Notes: generated from the sequence alone by a model not told the origin. DNA of 64,000 nucleotides from Thermoanaerobaculia bacterium (GCA_036397015.1 DASWJT010000098.1:529-64528); one strand, 5' to 3'. Positions 50,074-61,646 are shown, counted from the stretch's first letter. Numbers and translations are program-made.

Positions 50074-50978
50074 TCCGTTTCGCTCCCCTCCTCCGCCTCC
50101 CACGACCGGCGCAGCTCGGCGTCGCGTGCGCGCCGGCGCCGGAAGGCGGCGAGGGCGAGCAGCGCGACGCCCGCCCACAGCACCACCGAGCTCGAGATCA
50201 CGGGCACCCATCGATCCCAGAGCGTGCGCCGTTGCCAGTACGCGCGCTCGAACTCGGCGAGGCTCTCGCCGGTGACGCCTCGGAACGCGGCCGCGAAGCG
50301 CTCGCCGCCGGCCAGCCGGGCGAGGATCGCCGCCGGCGCCGCCCGACCGTGCCGCTGCAGCAGCTCCCGCATCAGGTCCCCCGCCAGCGCGTACGCCGAC
50401 TGCGCCTCGGCTTCGCCGCCGGCGAAGGCGGTGTCGAGCCGCGCGAGCGGCAGGCGGTCGTCGGTGAGCACCGCCAGCGCGACGCGCGCCCGGTCGCCGA
50501 GCTCCCACGGCCGCGCCGCGGCCATCGCCAGCCCCTCGTCGAACCATCTCGGCACGTCCCGGCCGCCGGCGGCGCGCGCCACGACCACGTGCGCCACCTC
50601 GTGCCGCAGCAGCGGCACCAGGCCGCGGTCGGGATAGCGACCGACGCGCCTCGGCAGGAGCACTACGAGCCCGCGCCGGCTCTCCGCATAGCCGCTGATC
50701 CAGGGCGCGACGCGCCGCGCCGCGTCGGAGCCCTCCGGCGCCAGCACGACCACGACGGGCGGCCCGAATGTGGCGAGACCCGCGAGCTCGCGCAGGCTCG
50801 TCCAGCTCGCCGCGGGGATGGCGTCGATCTCGCGCGCGGCGGCGGCGAGCTCCGCCGGCGCCTGGACGATCAGGCGCGGCGTCTCGACGCCCTCGCCACG
50901 CGCCACGAGGGCGAAGGGGACGAGGAGCGTCGCGCGCCGCGCCAGTCGCGACGCAACGGAGCGGGGCACCGGGCGCAC
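50061..50978 (-). CDS. peptidase-MA-like zinc metalloprotease with C-terminal membrane anchor (305 aa)
   Basis: The HExxH motif (HEVAH) is followed about 20 aa later by WFDEGLA, giving the third-ligand Glu. A C-terminal TM helix (VVLWAGVALLALAAF) is present. Confidence 0.7.
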   Translation of the reverse strand: MRPVPRSVASRLARRATLLVPFALVARGEGVETPRLIVQAPAELAAAAREIDAIPAASWTSLRELAGLATFGPPVVVVLAPEGSDAARRVAPWISGYAESRRGLVVLLPRRVGRYPDRGLVPLLRHEVAHVVVARAAGGRDVPRWFDEGLAMAAARPWELGDRARVALAVLTDDRLPLARLDTAFAGGEAEAQSAYALAGDLMRELLQRHGRAAPAAILARLAGGERFAAAFRGVTGESLAEFERAYWQRRTLWDRWVPVISSSVVLWAGVALLALAAFRRRRARDAELRRSWEAEEGSETDAPP

Positions 50979-51018
50979 TCGTCCTCGAGCCTAGAGGATC
51001 GTGCGGGGCTCGTGCGCT

Positions 51019-51894
51019 TCAGGCGGCGCCGGCGCGTCCGGCGGGCACGTACCAGACCGGGCACGGCGCTTGGTGCAGCAGGGCGCGCGAGACGTCCGGC
51101 GAGAGCCAGCGCCGCAGGAACGACTTGGTGTGCTCCCCCATGACGATGCAGCCGGCACCGAGCCGGCGGGCGGCGCCGTCGATCGCCGCCGCCGGATCGC
51201 CCTCGGCGACGTGCAGCCGCGCCTTGCCGACGAGCGCCTCGGGGAGTCGCGCCCGCATCGCGGTCTCGATGTCGTCGGGTTGCGGCTCGCCGCGCCGCTT
51301 CGGCTCGGCGACGTGCAGCAGGTGCAGCTCGACCGGGGCGCGCGCCGCGAGCTCGCAGGCGAGCTCCTCGGCGCCGCGCGACCCGGCGGCGAGGTCGGTC
51401 GGCACGAGCGCCACGTGCGGGCTCCCCGGCGACAGGAAATCTGGCGGGCCCGACGCCACGTCGCGCTCGTGCAGCACCAGCAGCGAGCGCTCCGAATGCT
51501 CGAGGAGCTGCTCGGTCACCGAGGTGTGCTCCTGGTGAGAATCGCCGTGAGTGGCGAGAATCACCAGATCGGCGCCGACCAGGTCTCCCACCGCCATCAC
51601 CGTCTGCGAGGGCAGGCCGCGGGTGATCCGTGCCTCGTGCTCGACGCCCCCGGGCAGCCGCGCCAGCAGCGCGCGCACTCTCGCTTCGACGTCGTCCTCG
51701 GTGGGCGCCTCGCCGCGTCCGCCCTGCCACATCCAGCCGACGGCGGCGCCGACAGGGAGCGTCGCGAGATTGTGGTGGACGACGAGGCGAGCGGCGAAGA
51801 GGCGGCAGAGCTGGGCGGCGAGATCGACCTGGCGCGCGCTGGCGGCCGAGAGATCGACCGGGCAGAGAACGGTGCGGATCGCGACCATGGGCAC
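51019..51894 (-). CDS. tandem universal stress protein (291 aa)
   Basis: It has two Usp-like halves (VLCPVDLS...DLVILATHGDS and ALVPTDL...GCIVMGEH...VSRALLHQAPCPVWYVP). Confidence 0.85.
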   Translation of the reverse strand: MPMVAIRTVLCPVDLSAASARQVDLAAQLCRLFAARLVVHHNLATLPVGAAVGWMWQGGRGEAPTEDDVEARVRALLARLPGGVEHEARITRGLPSQTVMAVGDLVGADLVILATHGDSHQEHTSVTEQLLEHSERSLLVLHERDVASGPPDFLSPGSPHVALVPTDLAAGSRGAEELACELAARAPVELHLLHVAEPKRRGEPQPDDIETAMRARLPEALVGKARLHVAEGDPAAAIDGAARRLGAGCIVMGEHTKSFLRRWLSPDVSRALLHQAPCPVWYVPAGRAGAA

Positions 51895-52064
51895 CTCCAG
51901 GGGGTCGGAGCTCCGGATCGACCTGACGCTTCGATTTTAGGCTACATCCTCGCCGCGCCGCCGGCGCCGCGTCGCGGGGCGGGACGCCGGCCGGCCGCCG
52001 ACCATCGCATAGGCTTGTTTCGCCGGTGCGCCGGCGCCACGCTCCATCCTCCGGGAGAACCGCG

Positions 52065-53881
52065 TTGACCCACGACAAGATCGCGGTCGTCGACTTCGGC
52101 GGCCAGTACGCGCACCTCATCGCCACCAAGATCCGCCGCGCCGGCGTGCTCGCCGAGATCCGCCAGCCCGAGGACTCGATCGAAGCCTTCGCCGCCTATC
52201 GCGGCATCGTGATCTCCGGCAGCCCGTCGCTCTCCTCGCACGGCGAGGACTCCGACTACACCCGCGCCATCTACGATCTCGACGTTCCCATCCTCGGCTT
52301 CTGCTTCGGCCACCAGGAGATCGCCAAGCAGTACGGCGGCCAGGTGATCCACGGCGGCCGCGAGTGGGGCCACGCCGCGCTCGAGATCCGCCGTCCGCAC
52401 CCGCTCTTCTCCGGCCTCGCCGCGGTCGAGCCGGTGTGGATGAGTCACTACGACTCGGTCACCGCGGTCGGCCCCGGCTTCGAGGAGCTCGGCTTCACGC
52501 GCCTCGGCGCCGAGACCCCGGAGCACCGCTTCGCCGCCATCGGCTCCGATGCGCTCCGCCGCTACGGCTTCCAGTTCCACCCCGAGGTCGACGACACGCC
52601 ACGCGGCGGCGAGATGATCGCCAACTTCGTGCTCGGCATCTGCGGCTGCCGGCCGACCTGGTCGATGGACCGCTTCCTCGACGAGGAGATCGAACGCTCG
52701 CGGGCGCGCATCGGTGAGGGCGCGGTTTTCCTGCTCGCCTCGGGGGGCGTCGATTCGACCGTCGCCGCCAAGCTGCTGTCGCTCGCTCTCGGCCCCGAGC
52801 GCGTGCACCTGCTGCACATCGACAACGGCCTGATGCGCAAGGACGAGAGTCGCGACGTGCTGGCCGCGCTCGCGGCGCTCGGCCTGGGCGCGCGGCTCGA
52901 GTTCGTCGACGCCAGCGCGGAGTTCCTCGCCGCGCTCGCCGGCGTCGTCGAGCCCGAGCGCAAGCGGCGGATCATCGGCGACACTTTCGTCGCCGTCTTC
53001 GAGCGCGAGGCGCGCCGGCTCGGCATCGAGTCGCACCTGCTCGCCCAGGGCACCATCTACCCCGACACCATCGAGACCGGCGGCACGAAGCGCGCCGACA
53101 CCATCAAGACCCACCACAACCGCGTGCCGGTGATCGCGGCGATGATCGCGGCCGGCCGCGTGGTCGAGCCGCTCGCCGAGCTCTACAAGGTCGAGGTGCG
53201 CGAGCTCGGCGAGCGCCTCGGCGTGCCGCGCGAGCTCGTCTGGCGCCACCCCTTCCCCGGACCGGGCCTCGGCGTGCGGCTCCTCTGCTCGACGGGCGAG
53301 AGCGACCGCTCGCACTTCGACGAGATCGAGCCCGCGGTGGCCGCCGTCGCCGCCCGCACCGGCATCGCGGCGCGCGCCCTGCCCATCCGCTCGGTCGGCG
53401 TCAAGGCCGACCTGCGCGCCTACGAGCACCCGGTGATGCTCTTCGGCGAGGCGCCGTGGGAGCGCCTGCTGCTCGCCGCCGGCGCCCACTACGAGGAGGC
53501 GCCGCACGTCAATCGCGCCCTCTGGTGGCAGGGCGAAGGGGCGCCGGAGCGCTTCGCGACGCGCGCCGCGACAGTCACCCGCGACCGCCTCGACCTGCTG
53601 CGCGAGGCGGACGCGATCGTCATGGACGGCCTGCGGCGGCACGGTCTCTACGACGAGATCTGGCAGTGCCCCACCGTGCTCGTGCCGATGAGCCTCGACG
53701 GGCGCGGCGACGAGCTCGTCGTCGTGCGCCCGGTGCGCTCGGAGCGGGCGATGACGGCGACCCCGGGCGAGCTGCCCGCGGCGCTGCGCGGCGAGCTCAC
53801 CTCGCGTCTCCTCGCCCTCGCCGGCGTCGCCGGCTGGGCGCTCGACCTCACCACCAAGCCGCCCGGCACGATCGAGTGGGA

Positions 53882-53885
<4 letters not shown>
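52065..53885 (+). CDS. guaA: glutamine-hydrolysing GMP synthase with ~95-aa insertion in the C-terminal region (606 aa from TTG 52065; alternative GTG 52026)
   Basis: The GATase motif is GFCFGHQ, the PP-loop is SGGVDS, and HHN and the canonical end KPPGTIEWE are present. A GGGAGA SD lies 6 nt before the TTG. Confidence 0.92.
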
Positions 53886-55774
<1,889 letters not shown>

Positions 55775-55851
55775 CCGGGGAGCGCGGTTCGCGCCGGCGG
55801 ACAGTCTGCCGTACGATTCCCACTCTCTTCCAACTCCCCCAGGGGGCCGTC

Positions 55852-56493
55852 ATGCGCTCGACTCACAGCTCGCTTCTTCTCCTCCTCGGCTTCGGCGCCG
55901 TCGCCGCCGCGGCCGCCGTGCCGCCGGCCGCCGAGCAGATCGCGGCCGCGCTGCAGGCGGCGCCGGAAGACCGCCGCGACGGAGCGCGCGTGCTCGGCTA
56001 CGGCGCGGACGGCGCCGTGGCCGAGCTGCGCGCGGGCTCGAACGACCTCGTCTGCCTCGCCGACAAACCGGGCGACGAGGCGTTCAGCGTCGCCTGCTAC
56101 CACGCCTCGCTCGAGCCGTACATGCGGCGCGGCCGTGAGCTCGAGGCAGCCGGCGTCTCGGGCGAGGAGCGCATGAAGCGGCGCTGGCAGGAGGCCGACG
56201 CCGGCACGCTGGCGATGCCCGAGAAGCCCGCCACGCTCTACGTGCTGCACGGCTCGGGCTTCGACGCCGCCAGCGGCAAAGTTCTCGACCCCTACCTCCG
56301 CTGGGTGGTCTACACGCCGTGGGCGACGCCGGAGTCGACCGGCCTGCCGCTCGCCCCGCAGGCGCCCGGCGCGCCGTGGCTGATGTTCCCCGGCACGGCG
56401 GGCGCGCACATCATGATCACGCCGGCGAAGCCGGAGGCAAAGAGCGAAGCGAAGCCCGCCGAGCCGCTCGAGAAGGGCGCCGCCGAGGGCTGA
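55852..56493 (+). CDS. hypothetical secreted protein (213 aa)
   Basis: It has a cleavable-looking signal peptide (SLLLLLGFGAVAAAAAV), GC-rich third positions and a Cys pair (LVCLADKPGDEAFSVACYH). No family was recognised. Confidence 0.6.
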   Translation: MRSTHSSLLLLLGFGAVAAAAAVPPAAEQIAAALQAAPEDRRDGARVLGYGADGAVAELRAGSNDLVCLADKPGDEAFSVACYHASLEPYMRRGRELEAAGVSGEERMKRRWQEADAGTLAMPEKPATLYVLHGSGFDAASGKVLDPYLRWVVYTPWATPESTGLPLAPQAPGAPWLMFPGTAGAHIMITPAKPEAKSEAKPAEPLEKGAAEG

Positions 56494-56580
56494 CCTTCGC
56501 CTGCGGCGCGCCGCGGTGACGGGCCCGAGTAAGATGGGGCACGCTCGAGGTGGAGCCTCGAACTCTCCGCGGAGGACGCG

Positions 56581-57024
56581 ATGACGAACGAGAAGAGCGC
56601 AGCGAAGCCCCGCAAGAAGGCGACGCCGGGACCGATCGAGAGCGCCCTCGGCGCGGCCGGCAAGCGCGCCGACCAGGCGAAAGCCGAGCTCGAGAGGGCG
56701 GCCGAGAGGAAGCTCGCCGAGCTCGAGAAGCGCGCCACGAGAGAGGTGACCAGAGTGAAGAAGACGGCAGCGAAGAAGGTCGACGAGCTGAAGCGAGCGG
56801 CGACGAAGAAGGTCGCCGAGGTCAAGAAGGCAGCCGGCAAGAAGGCGGCGCAGGTCAAGCGCATCGCCGCCCGGAAGCTCGACGAGGCGAAGGAGGGCTG
56901 GCGGAAGATGGACGCCAAGAAGAAGGCGGCCGTCGTCGCCGGCGGCGTCGCCGCGGTCGCCGCGGCGGTGGCCGTGCCCCTCGCCGTCAAGAAGGCGGGC
57001 GGCAAGAAGAAGAAGAAAAAGTAG
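56581..57024 (+). CDS. small Lys/Ala-rich tail-anchored protein, paralog 2 (147 aa)
   Basis: The architecture matches 49716-50039: a GxAGKRAD..AKAEL N-terminus, 11-residue K/A repeats, WRKMDAKKKA, a TM helix (VVAGGVAAVAAAVAVPLAV) and a poly-Lys tail (KKAGGKKKKKK). Confidence 0.75.
   Translation: MTNEKSAAKPRKKATPGPIESALGAAGKRADQAKAELERAAERKLAELEKRATREVTRVKKTAAKKVDELKRAATKKVAEVKKAAGKKAAQVKRIAARKLDEAKEGWRKMDAKKKAAVVAGGVAAVAAAVAVPLAVKKAGGKKKKKK
56755..56886 (+). repeat. four degenerate tandem 33-nt (11-codon) repeats inside paralog 2
   Basis: The repeat units are VKKTAAKKVDE / LKRAATKKVAE / VKKAAGKKAAQ / VKRIAARKLDE, with aag-aag...gtc periodicity visible in the DNA. Confidence 0.7.
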
Positions 57025-57072
57025 GAGCCGTCTCCGGCGCCGCGCGGCCTCGGCCGGCGGCGCCGGCCCGCC

Positions 57073-57663
57073 TCAGAAGCGCGCGGCGAGGCCCAGCCTG
57101 GCGAAGAGCGGATCCACCTCCAGCGCCTGGAAGCCCTCGAGATCGGCGTCGGCGTCGAGGTAGCGCACCGCGGCGGTGAGCGCCAGCCGGCGGCCGAGCG
57201 CGATGTCCATGCCGACCGTGGCGCCGAAGGCCTCCTCGGCGTCGGTTTCGATCTCGGTGCCGTCCTCGAGCTTGAGGTCGCCCCAGCGCACCCACGCCAC
57301 CGTCGGGCCGAGCCAGAGGTCGACGAACGACGACGGGACGAGGTGGAACTCGAGCGTGAAAGCGATCGGCTCGAAGTCGATCTCGCCGATGGTGCCGCCG
57401 GCGAACTCGACGTCCTGCGTCGCGTTGACGTAGCTCAGCTCGAAGCCGACGAGCTCGCTCCAGCGGCCGGCCATGCCGAACTCGTAGCCCAGCTCCTCCG
57501 TCGCCTCCAGACTGTCGACGACGCCGCCGAAGTCCTGATCCGACTCCGACAGCGGCGAGACGTACGAGATCGCCGCGAAGAGCTTGCCGCGGTAAGGCGG
57601 CGCCTCCGCGAGCGCCGGCGCGGCAAGCAGGGCACACGAGACCACCGGGAAGATGACCCTCAT
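57073..57663 (-). CDS. OmpW-family outer-membrane beta-barrel protein (196 aa; alternative start 57675)
   Basis: A signal peptide (VSCALLAAPALA) is followed by alternating beta-strand patterns. The C-terminal signature is RLGLAARF, ending in Phe. Confidence 0.8.
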   Translation of the reverse strand: MRVIFPVVSCALLAAPALAEAPPYRGKLFAAISYVSPLSESDQDFGGVVDSLEATEELGYEFGMAGRWSELVGFELSYVNATQDVEFAGGTIGEIDFEPIAFTLEFHLVPSSFVDLWLGPTVAWVRWGDLKLEDGTEIETDAEEAFGATVGMDIALGRRLALTAAVRYLDADADLEGFQALEVDPLFARLGLAARF

Positions 57664-57758
57664 TCCTCGTCCCATCGTTCGTTTTCCTCTCCGGGCGCTC
57701 GCTCTCTCCGCGCGCTCGACTGCCGTGCGGCGGCGGCGCCTGCTCGGGGCCTTGCAAG

Positions 57759-58526
57759 ATGCGCGCAAGGCCGCTCGCGGCGAGCGCCTCCACCGCCGCC
57801 CGGGCTACACTCCGCGGCGTGCCCCGCTGGCTCGCCTCGCTGCTCGGCGCGCTGCTCCCGGAGCCGGAGCGCAGCGCGCTCGCGCGCCGCCACGGCGGCG
57901 ACGCGCCGCGCGCCTCGATGCTCCTCGGCGCGGCGCAGTTCGTGCTCGGCGCGCGGCTCGTCCACGACGACGTGATGAGCTTCCTGCGCCGCGGCGCCGA
58001 GGCGATGACGACCGAGTTCATGCGCCTCGCCGAGACGCGGCAGGTCACCTCCGAGGAGGCGCTCGGCCTGACCTGGGGCGGCTCGGTCGTCTGGCTCCAC
58101 TGGCTGCTGCGCCCGACGTCGTGGCTGCTGCTCAGCATCCCCGCCGTCGGACTGTTGCGTGCCGCGGCATACCTCGGGCCCCGCGAGGCGATCGCCGAGC
58201 CGTCGGTGTGGGCGGCGGCACGACTGCTGCGGCTCGGCCGGCGCCTCGTCGGCGCGGCGAGCGAGCGCGCCGAGTTCGGCGACGCCGCGGCGCTCGACGA
58301 GGTCGTCGCCGAGGGCGCCGCGATCCTCCTCGTCCACGCCGCGCGGCCACGGCCGGAGTGGAACGACGCGGTGACGATCGAGTGCGGCGGGCGCTACTTC
58401 CGCGTCGCGCGCCACGACGAGGTCCACCTGCACGGCGTGCGCCGTCACCGCTACCGGCTGGTCGAGGCCGGCGAGCACGACGTCATCCGCCGCCTGCTCA
58501 GCTATCGGCCTCCCCCGCCGGCATGA
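57759..58526 (+). CDS. hypothetical protein with one or two TM segments (255 aa; alternative GTG start 57819)
   Basis: Third codon positions are strongly GC-biased throughout, arguing for real coding. A hydrophobic segment (WLHWLLRPTSWLLLSIPAVGLL) is present. No recognisable domain was found. Confidence 0.5.
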   Translation: MRARPLAASASTAARATLRGVPRWLASLLGALLPEPERSALARRHGGDAPRASMLLGAAQFVLGARLVHDDVMSFLRRGAEAMTTEFMRLAETRQVTSEEALGLTWGGSVVWLHWLLRPTSWLLLSIPAVGLLRAAAYLGPREAIAEPSVWAAARLLRLGRRLVGAASERAEFGDAAALDEVVAEGAAILLVHAARPRPEWNDAVTIECGGRYFRVARHDEVHLHGVRRHRYRLVEAGEHDVIRRLLSYRPPPPA

Positions 58527-58536
58527 GGCGGCCGCC

Positions 58537-59460
58537 TCAGGGGCGCGCGGCGAGGAACGGCTCGACGGCGGCGACGAACTCCCGCGGGCACTCCTCCTGC
58601 GGCGAGTGGCCGCAGGCGGGCAGCTCGGCGAAGGCGGCATCGCGCAACTTCGCGGCCACCTCGCGGCCTGCGGCGGCGGAGATGACCTCGTCTTCGCCGC
58701 CCCAGACGAGGAGCACCGGCGGCGCGAGCGCGGCGAGGTCCACCTCGTCGGGCGGCGTTCCGGTCGGCGCCGTCAAGCCGTAAAAGGCGTCCTCGACGCC
58801 CTCGACGCGCAGCCGCTCGAGGTAGGCGCCGACCAGCTCGTCGGTGACCTTCGAGTCGTCGGCGTACGACTCTTCGAGGCCGGCGCGCACCCGCCGCGCG
58901 GTGAGCCCGACGGTGCGCACGTAGAGCCCCGCCAGAGTGCGATTGGCGAAGCGCTTGCGCCGGCGCAGCGTGCCGTAGGCGGGCATCGCCGAGTCGACGA
59001 GCACGAGCGAGCGCACCCGCTCGGGATGGCGCGCGGCGAGGAAGATCGAGATCGCGCCGCCATAGGAGTGGCCGGCGAGATCGAAGCGGTCGAGGCCGAG
59101 CGCGTCGGCGACGCCGAGCACCAGGCGCTCCTGGCCGGCGAGCGTGTACGCCGCGCGCTCGTGCGGCCGCTCCGTCCATCCGAAGCCGTTGAGATCGATG
59201 GCGACGACGCGCCGAGTCTTCGCGAGCTCGGGGATCACCGGCTCCCAGATGCGCGTCGAGGCGCCGAAGCCGTGCAGCAGGACGAGCGGCTCCCCCGCTC
59301 CGCGATCGACGACGTGCACACTCCGGCCGTCCACCGCCACCAGGCTCGCCGGCGGCAGCGCCGCCGCCACCTCCGCGTACGGCCGCATCGTCAGGCAGCC
59401 GCCGGACGCCAGGCCGGCGAGCGCCGGGAACGCCGCGAGCGCGAGACGGATGCCCCTCAT
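58537..59460 (-). CDS. alpha/beta-fold hydrolase, lipoprotein-like signal (307 aa)
   Basis: The motifs are HGFG, the nucleophile elbow GHSYGG and the C-terminal His context ACGHSPQEE. The signal sequence contains Cys (LASGGC). Confidence 0.88.
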   Translation of the reverse strand: MRGIRLALAAFPALAGLASGGCLTMRPYAEVAAALPPASLVAVDGRSVHVVDRGAGEPLVLLHGFGASTRIWEPVIPELAKTRRVVAIDLNGFGWTERPHERAAYTLAGQERLVLGVADALGLDRFDLAGHSYGGAISIFLAARHPERVRSLVLVDSAMPAYGTLRRRKRFANRTLAGLYVRTVGLTARRVRAGLEESYADDSKVTDELVGAYLERLRVEGVEDAFYGLTAPTGTPPDEVDLAALAPPVLLVWGGEDEVISAAAGREVAAKLRDAAFAELPACGHSPQEECPREFVAAVEPFLAARP

Positions 59461-60407
59461 TCGATCGGAATCCTGTCGGCATTGGCCGCCAGCCAGGTGG
59501 CGAAGCTCAGGAGCTCGGGGTCGAGCTCGCGCGCCAGAGCGACGTCCCGGCTGTCGAGAAAGGCGTCGGCGTGGATCGCCTGGAACTGGAACATGTTGCC
59601 CATGTCGTCGGCGCCCGGGAAGTCGAAGGCGCGGTAGACGTCGAACGGCACGTCGAAGAAGCGGACCTCGCGGCCGAGCGCCCGCGCGAACGCCGCCGCC
59701 ATCTGCTCGCCGGTCAAAACCTCGCCGGCGATGCCGAAGTGCCGGCCGATCGCCTCCTCGCCGCGGCGGAAGATGCCGAGCGCGCATTTGCCGATGTCCT
59801 CGGCCGCGATGCCCGGCAGCGCGACGCCGCCGAGCGGCAGGGCGAGCACCAGATTGCCCCCCTCGCCGGCGCGCGGCCCGGCTCCGAAGTAGATGAAGTT
59901 GTCCCAGTAGAAGGCGGCCAAGAGGTAACTGGTGGGCGCCCCCTCGGCGGCGAAGACCTCGTCGGCCTCGCCCTTGGCGTCGAAGTGCGGCACGTTGTAG
60001 CGCTCCTTGAGCACCGGCATGCGTGGGTCGTCGAGCGGGATCGCCCGGCGCGTGTCCTCGAGCGTCGACCAGACGACGTGGCGGAGGCCGGCCGCTTTCG
60101 TCGCCCGCGCCATGGCGGTCGCCTGCGCGTACTCGCGCTCGGGCGACATGTGCTCCCAGAAGTTGGTGACGCAGAAAGCGCCGTGGGCGCCGGCGAACGC
60201 CTGCTCGAGGGTCGTAGCATCGTCGAGATCGGCGGCGACGACCTCGGCGCCGGCCTCAGCCAGGGCCCGCGCCTTGTCGGCCTCGGGGTTGCGGGTGATC
60301 GCCCGCGCGGTGAAGTCGCCGCCCGCGTCGGCGAGGATCGCGCGCACCAGTCCGCCGCCCTGCGCGCCGGTGGCGCCGACGACGGCGAGGATCTTCTTGT
60401 CGGTCAT
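59457..60407 (-). CDS. NmrA-family NAD(P)-binding protein (316 aa)
   Basis: The N-terminus is KILAVVGATGAQGG, and the NmrA-like pattern is VPHFDAKGE. It joins the hydrolase gene through an ATGA overlap. Confidence 0.88.
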   Translation of the reverse strand: MTDKKILAVVGATGAQGGGLVRAILADAGGDFTARAITRNPEADKARALAEAGAEVVAADLDDATTLEQAFAGAHGAFCVTNFWEHMSPEREYAQATAMARATKAAGLRHVVWSTLEDTRRAIPLDDPRMPVLKERYNVPHFDAKGEADEVFAAEGAPTSYLLAAFYWDNFIYFGAGPRAGEGGNLVLALPLGGVALPGIAAEDIGKCALGIFRRGEEAIGRHFGIAGEVLTGEQMAAAFARALGREVRFFDVPFDVYRAFDFPGADDMGNMFQFQAIHADAFLDSRDVALARELDPELLSFATWLAANADRIPIE

Positions 60408-60511
60408 CTCGTGCTGCCTCCTTCGGGCCCTAACGCTACCGCGTACCGCTCGGGTCGGCGAGACGCCCGGGTGCTCTACCTCCCCGCAGGCGGCGATGCG
60501 AGAATCGGGCC

Positions 60512-61552
60512 GTGCCTCCGCATCGTCCCCCGCTGCTCCGCGCCGCTGCCGCGGTGCTCTTCGCGCTGGCGGCGCTCGCGACCTGCGCCCGCGAGCCGCC
60601 CGCCTCGGCGACGCGGCGGCTGGTCGACCGCTCCTCGCGCCTCGCTGCGCAGCAGCGCGCTCGCGTCGAGCGCTACCTGCGCTTCGTGCGCGCGGAGCGC
60701 GGCATCGACTGCCGCGTCGTCCTGGCGGGAGAGGGCGACCGCGGCGCACCGGAGGACGAGGCCGAGCGCTGGTTCCGAAAGCTGGCGGTGGGGAGCGACG
60801 ACGACGGGCGCGGCCTGCTGCTCTGGCTCGACGCCGGGAGGCGGCTCGCCCGCATCGAGGTCGCCTACGCGCTCGAGGGCGTCGTGCCCGACCTCTCGGC
60901 CGCCTGGATCCTCGAAGCGTACGTCGGGCCGCACGCGCGCGGCGACGAGCTCGCCGCCGGCATCGAGGCGGCGATCGAGGGGCTCGTCGACCGCGTCGCG
61001 CCGCGCCGCGCGGAGCTCGCCGAGGCGGCGGCGAGCGCCGGCAGCGGCGGCGCCGGCGCGCGCAGCGACCTCGCGGCCGAGCCCGCGGCTCCGGCTGCCG
61101 AGCTCGACCTCGCGCCGCGGCCCGACCCGCGCTCGACGCGCGAGCTCGAGCTCGCGATGCTGCGCGCCGGCCGCTACGAACAGGAGGCCGCAATCTACGA
61201 CGAGGCCTGGCGGCGCGCCCGGCGCGGCCGCTGGACCCCGGCGCGCCTGCGCGAGATCGCGCGCCGTTTCGACCGGCCGTACGAGATCGCGACCGAGGGC
61301 GATCACGCGGTCGCCTACTACCCCGCCGCCCGCGACCTCGGCCCTACGCTCCTCCGCCGCGAGGCCGCCGGCTGGATCATCGACGCCAGCGCCGGCGCGC
61401 GGCTCGTCGTCTACGACTATTCCAACGAGCGCTGGTACTTGGTCGACGAGCCGTCCCCCTATGTCGCATTGCTTCGCGGCGTCTACCGGCTGGAGCGCGG
61501 CCGCCTCGGCGACGGCCGGCCGGCGTGGTGGATCGCGCCTGCGGGAGGCTGA
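60512..61552 (+). CDS. TPM-domain (TLP18.3/Psb32-like phosphatase fold) lipoprotein with an unassigned C-terminal domain (346 aa)
   Basis: The signal/lipobox is ALAALATC. The TPM pattern is GIDCRVVL...GRGLLLWLDAGRRLARIEVAYALEG. About 130 C-terminal residues have no recognisable family. Confidence 0.65.
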   Translation: MPPHRPPLLRAAAAVLFALAALATCAREPPASATRRLVDRSSRLAAQQRARVERYLRFVRAERGIDCRVVLAGEGDRGAPEDEAERWFRKLAVGSDDDGRGLLLWLDAGRRLARIEVAYALEGVVPDLSAAWILEAYVGPHARGDELAAGIEAAIEGLVDRVAPRRAELAEAAASAGSGGAGARSDLAAEPAAPAAELDLAPRPDPRSTRELELAMLRAGRYEQEAAIYDEAWRRARRGRWTPARLREIARRFDRPYEIATEGDHAVAYYPAARDLGPTLLRREAAGWIIDASAGARLVVYDYSNERWYLVDEPSPYVALLRGVYRLERGRLGDGRPAWWIAPAGG

Positions 61553-61621
61553 GGCAGGGATCCGCTCCCCTCCCGCCGGCGACGACAAGGGTCGGCATCG
61601 GCAGGGAAGAGAGCCTCACCG

Positions 61622-61640
61622 TATACTTTTGTCATATACT
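61622..61640 (+). promoter_or_regulatory. AT-rich promoter/operator of brnTA: direct repeat TATACT-N7-TATACT
   Basis: The sequence gTATACTtttgtcaTATACTcc is the only AT-rich patch for kilobases. The second TATACT ends 6 nt before the GTG start at 61647 and no SD is present. Confidence 0.45.
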
Positions 61641-61646
61641 CCACGC

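Noticed and set aside
51895-52064. A purine/guanine riboswitch upstream of guaA.
   Set aside because: No three-way-junction consensus elements are visible. The region looks like an ordinary divergent promoter with a TAGGCT -10-like box.
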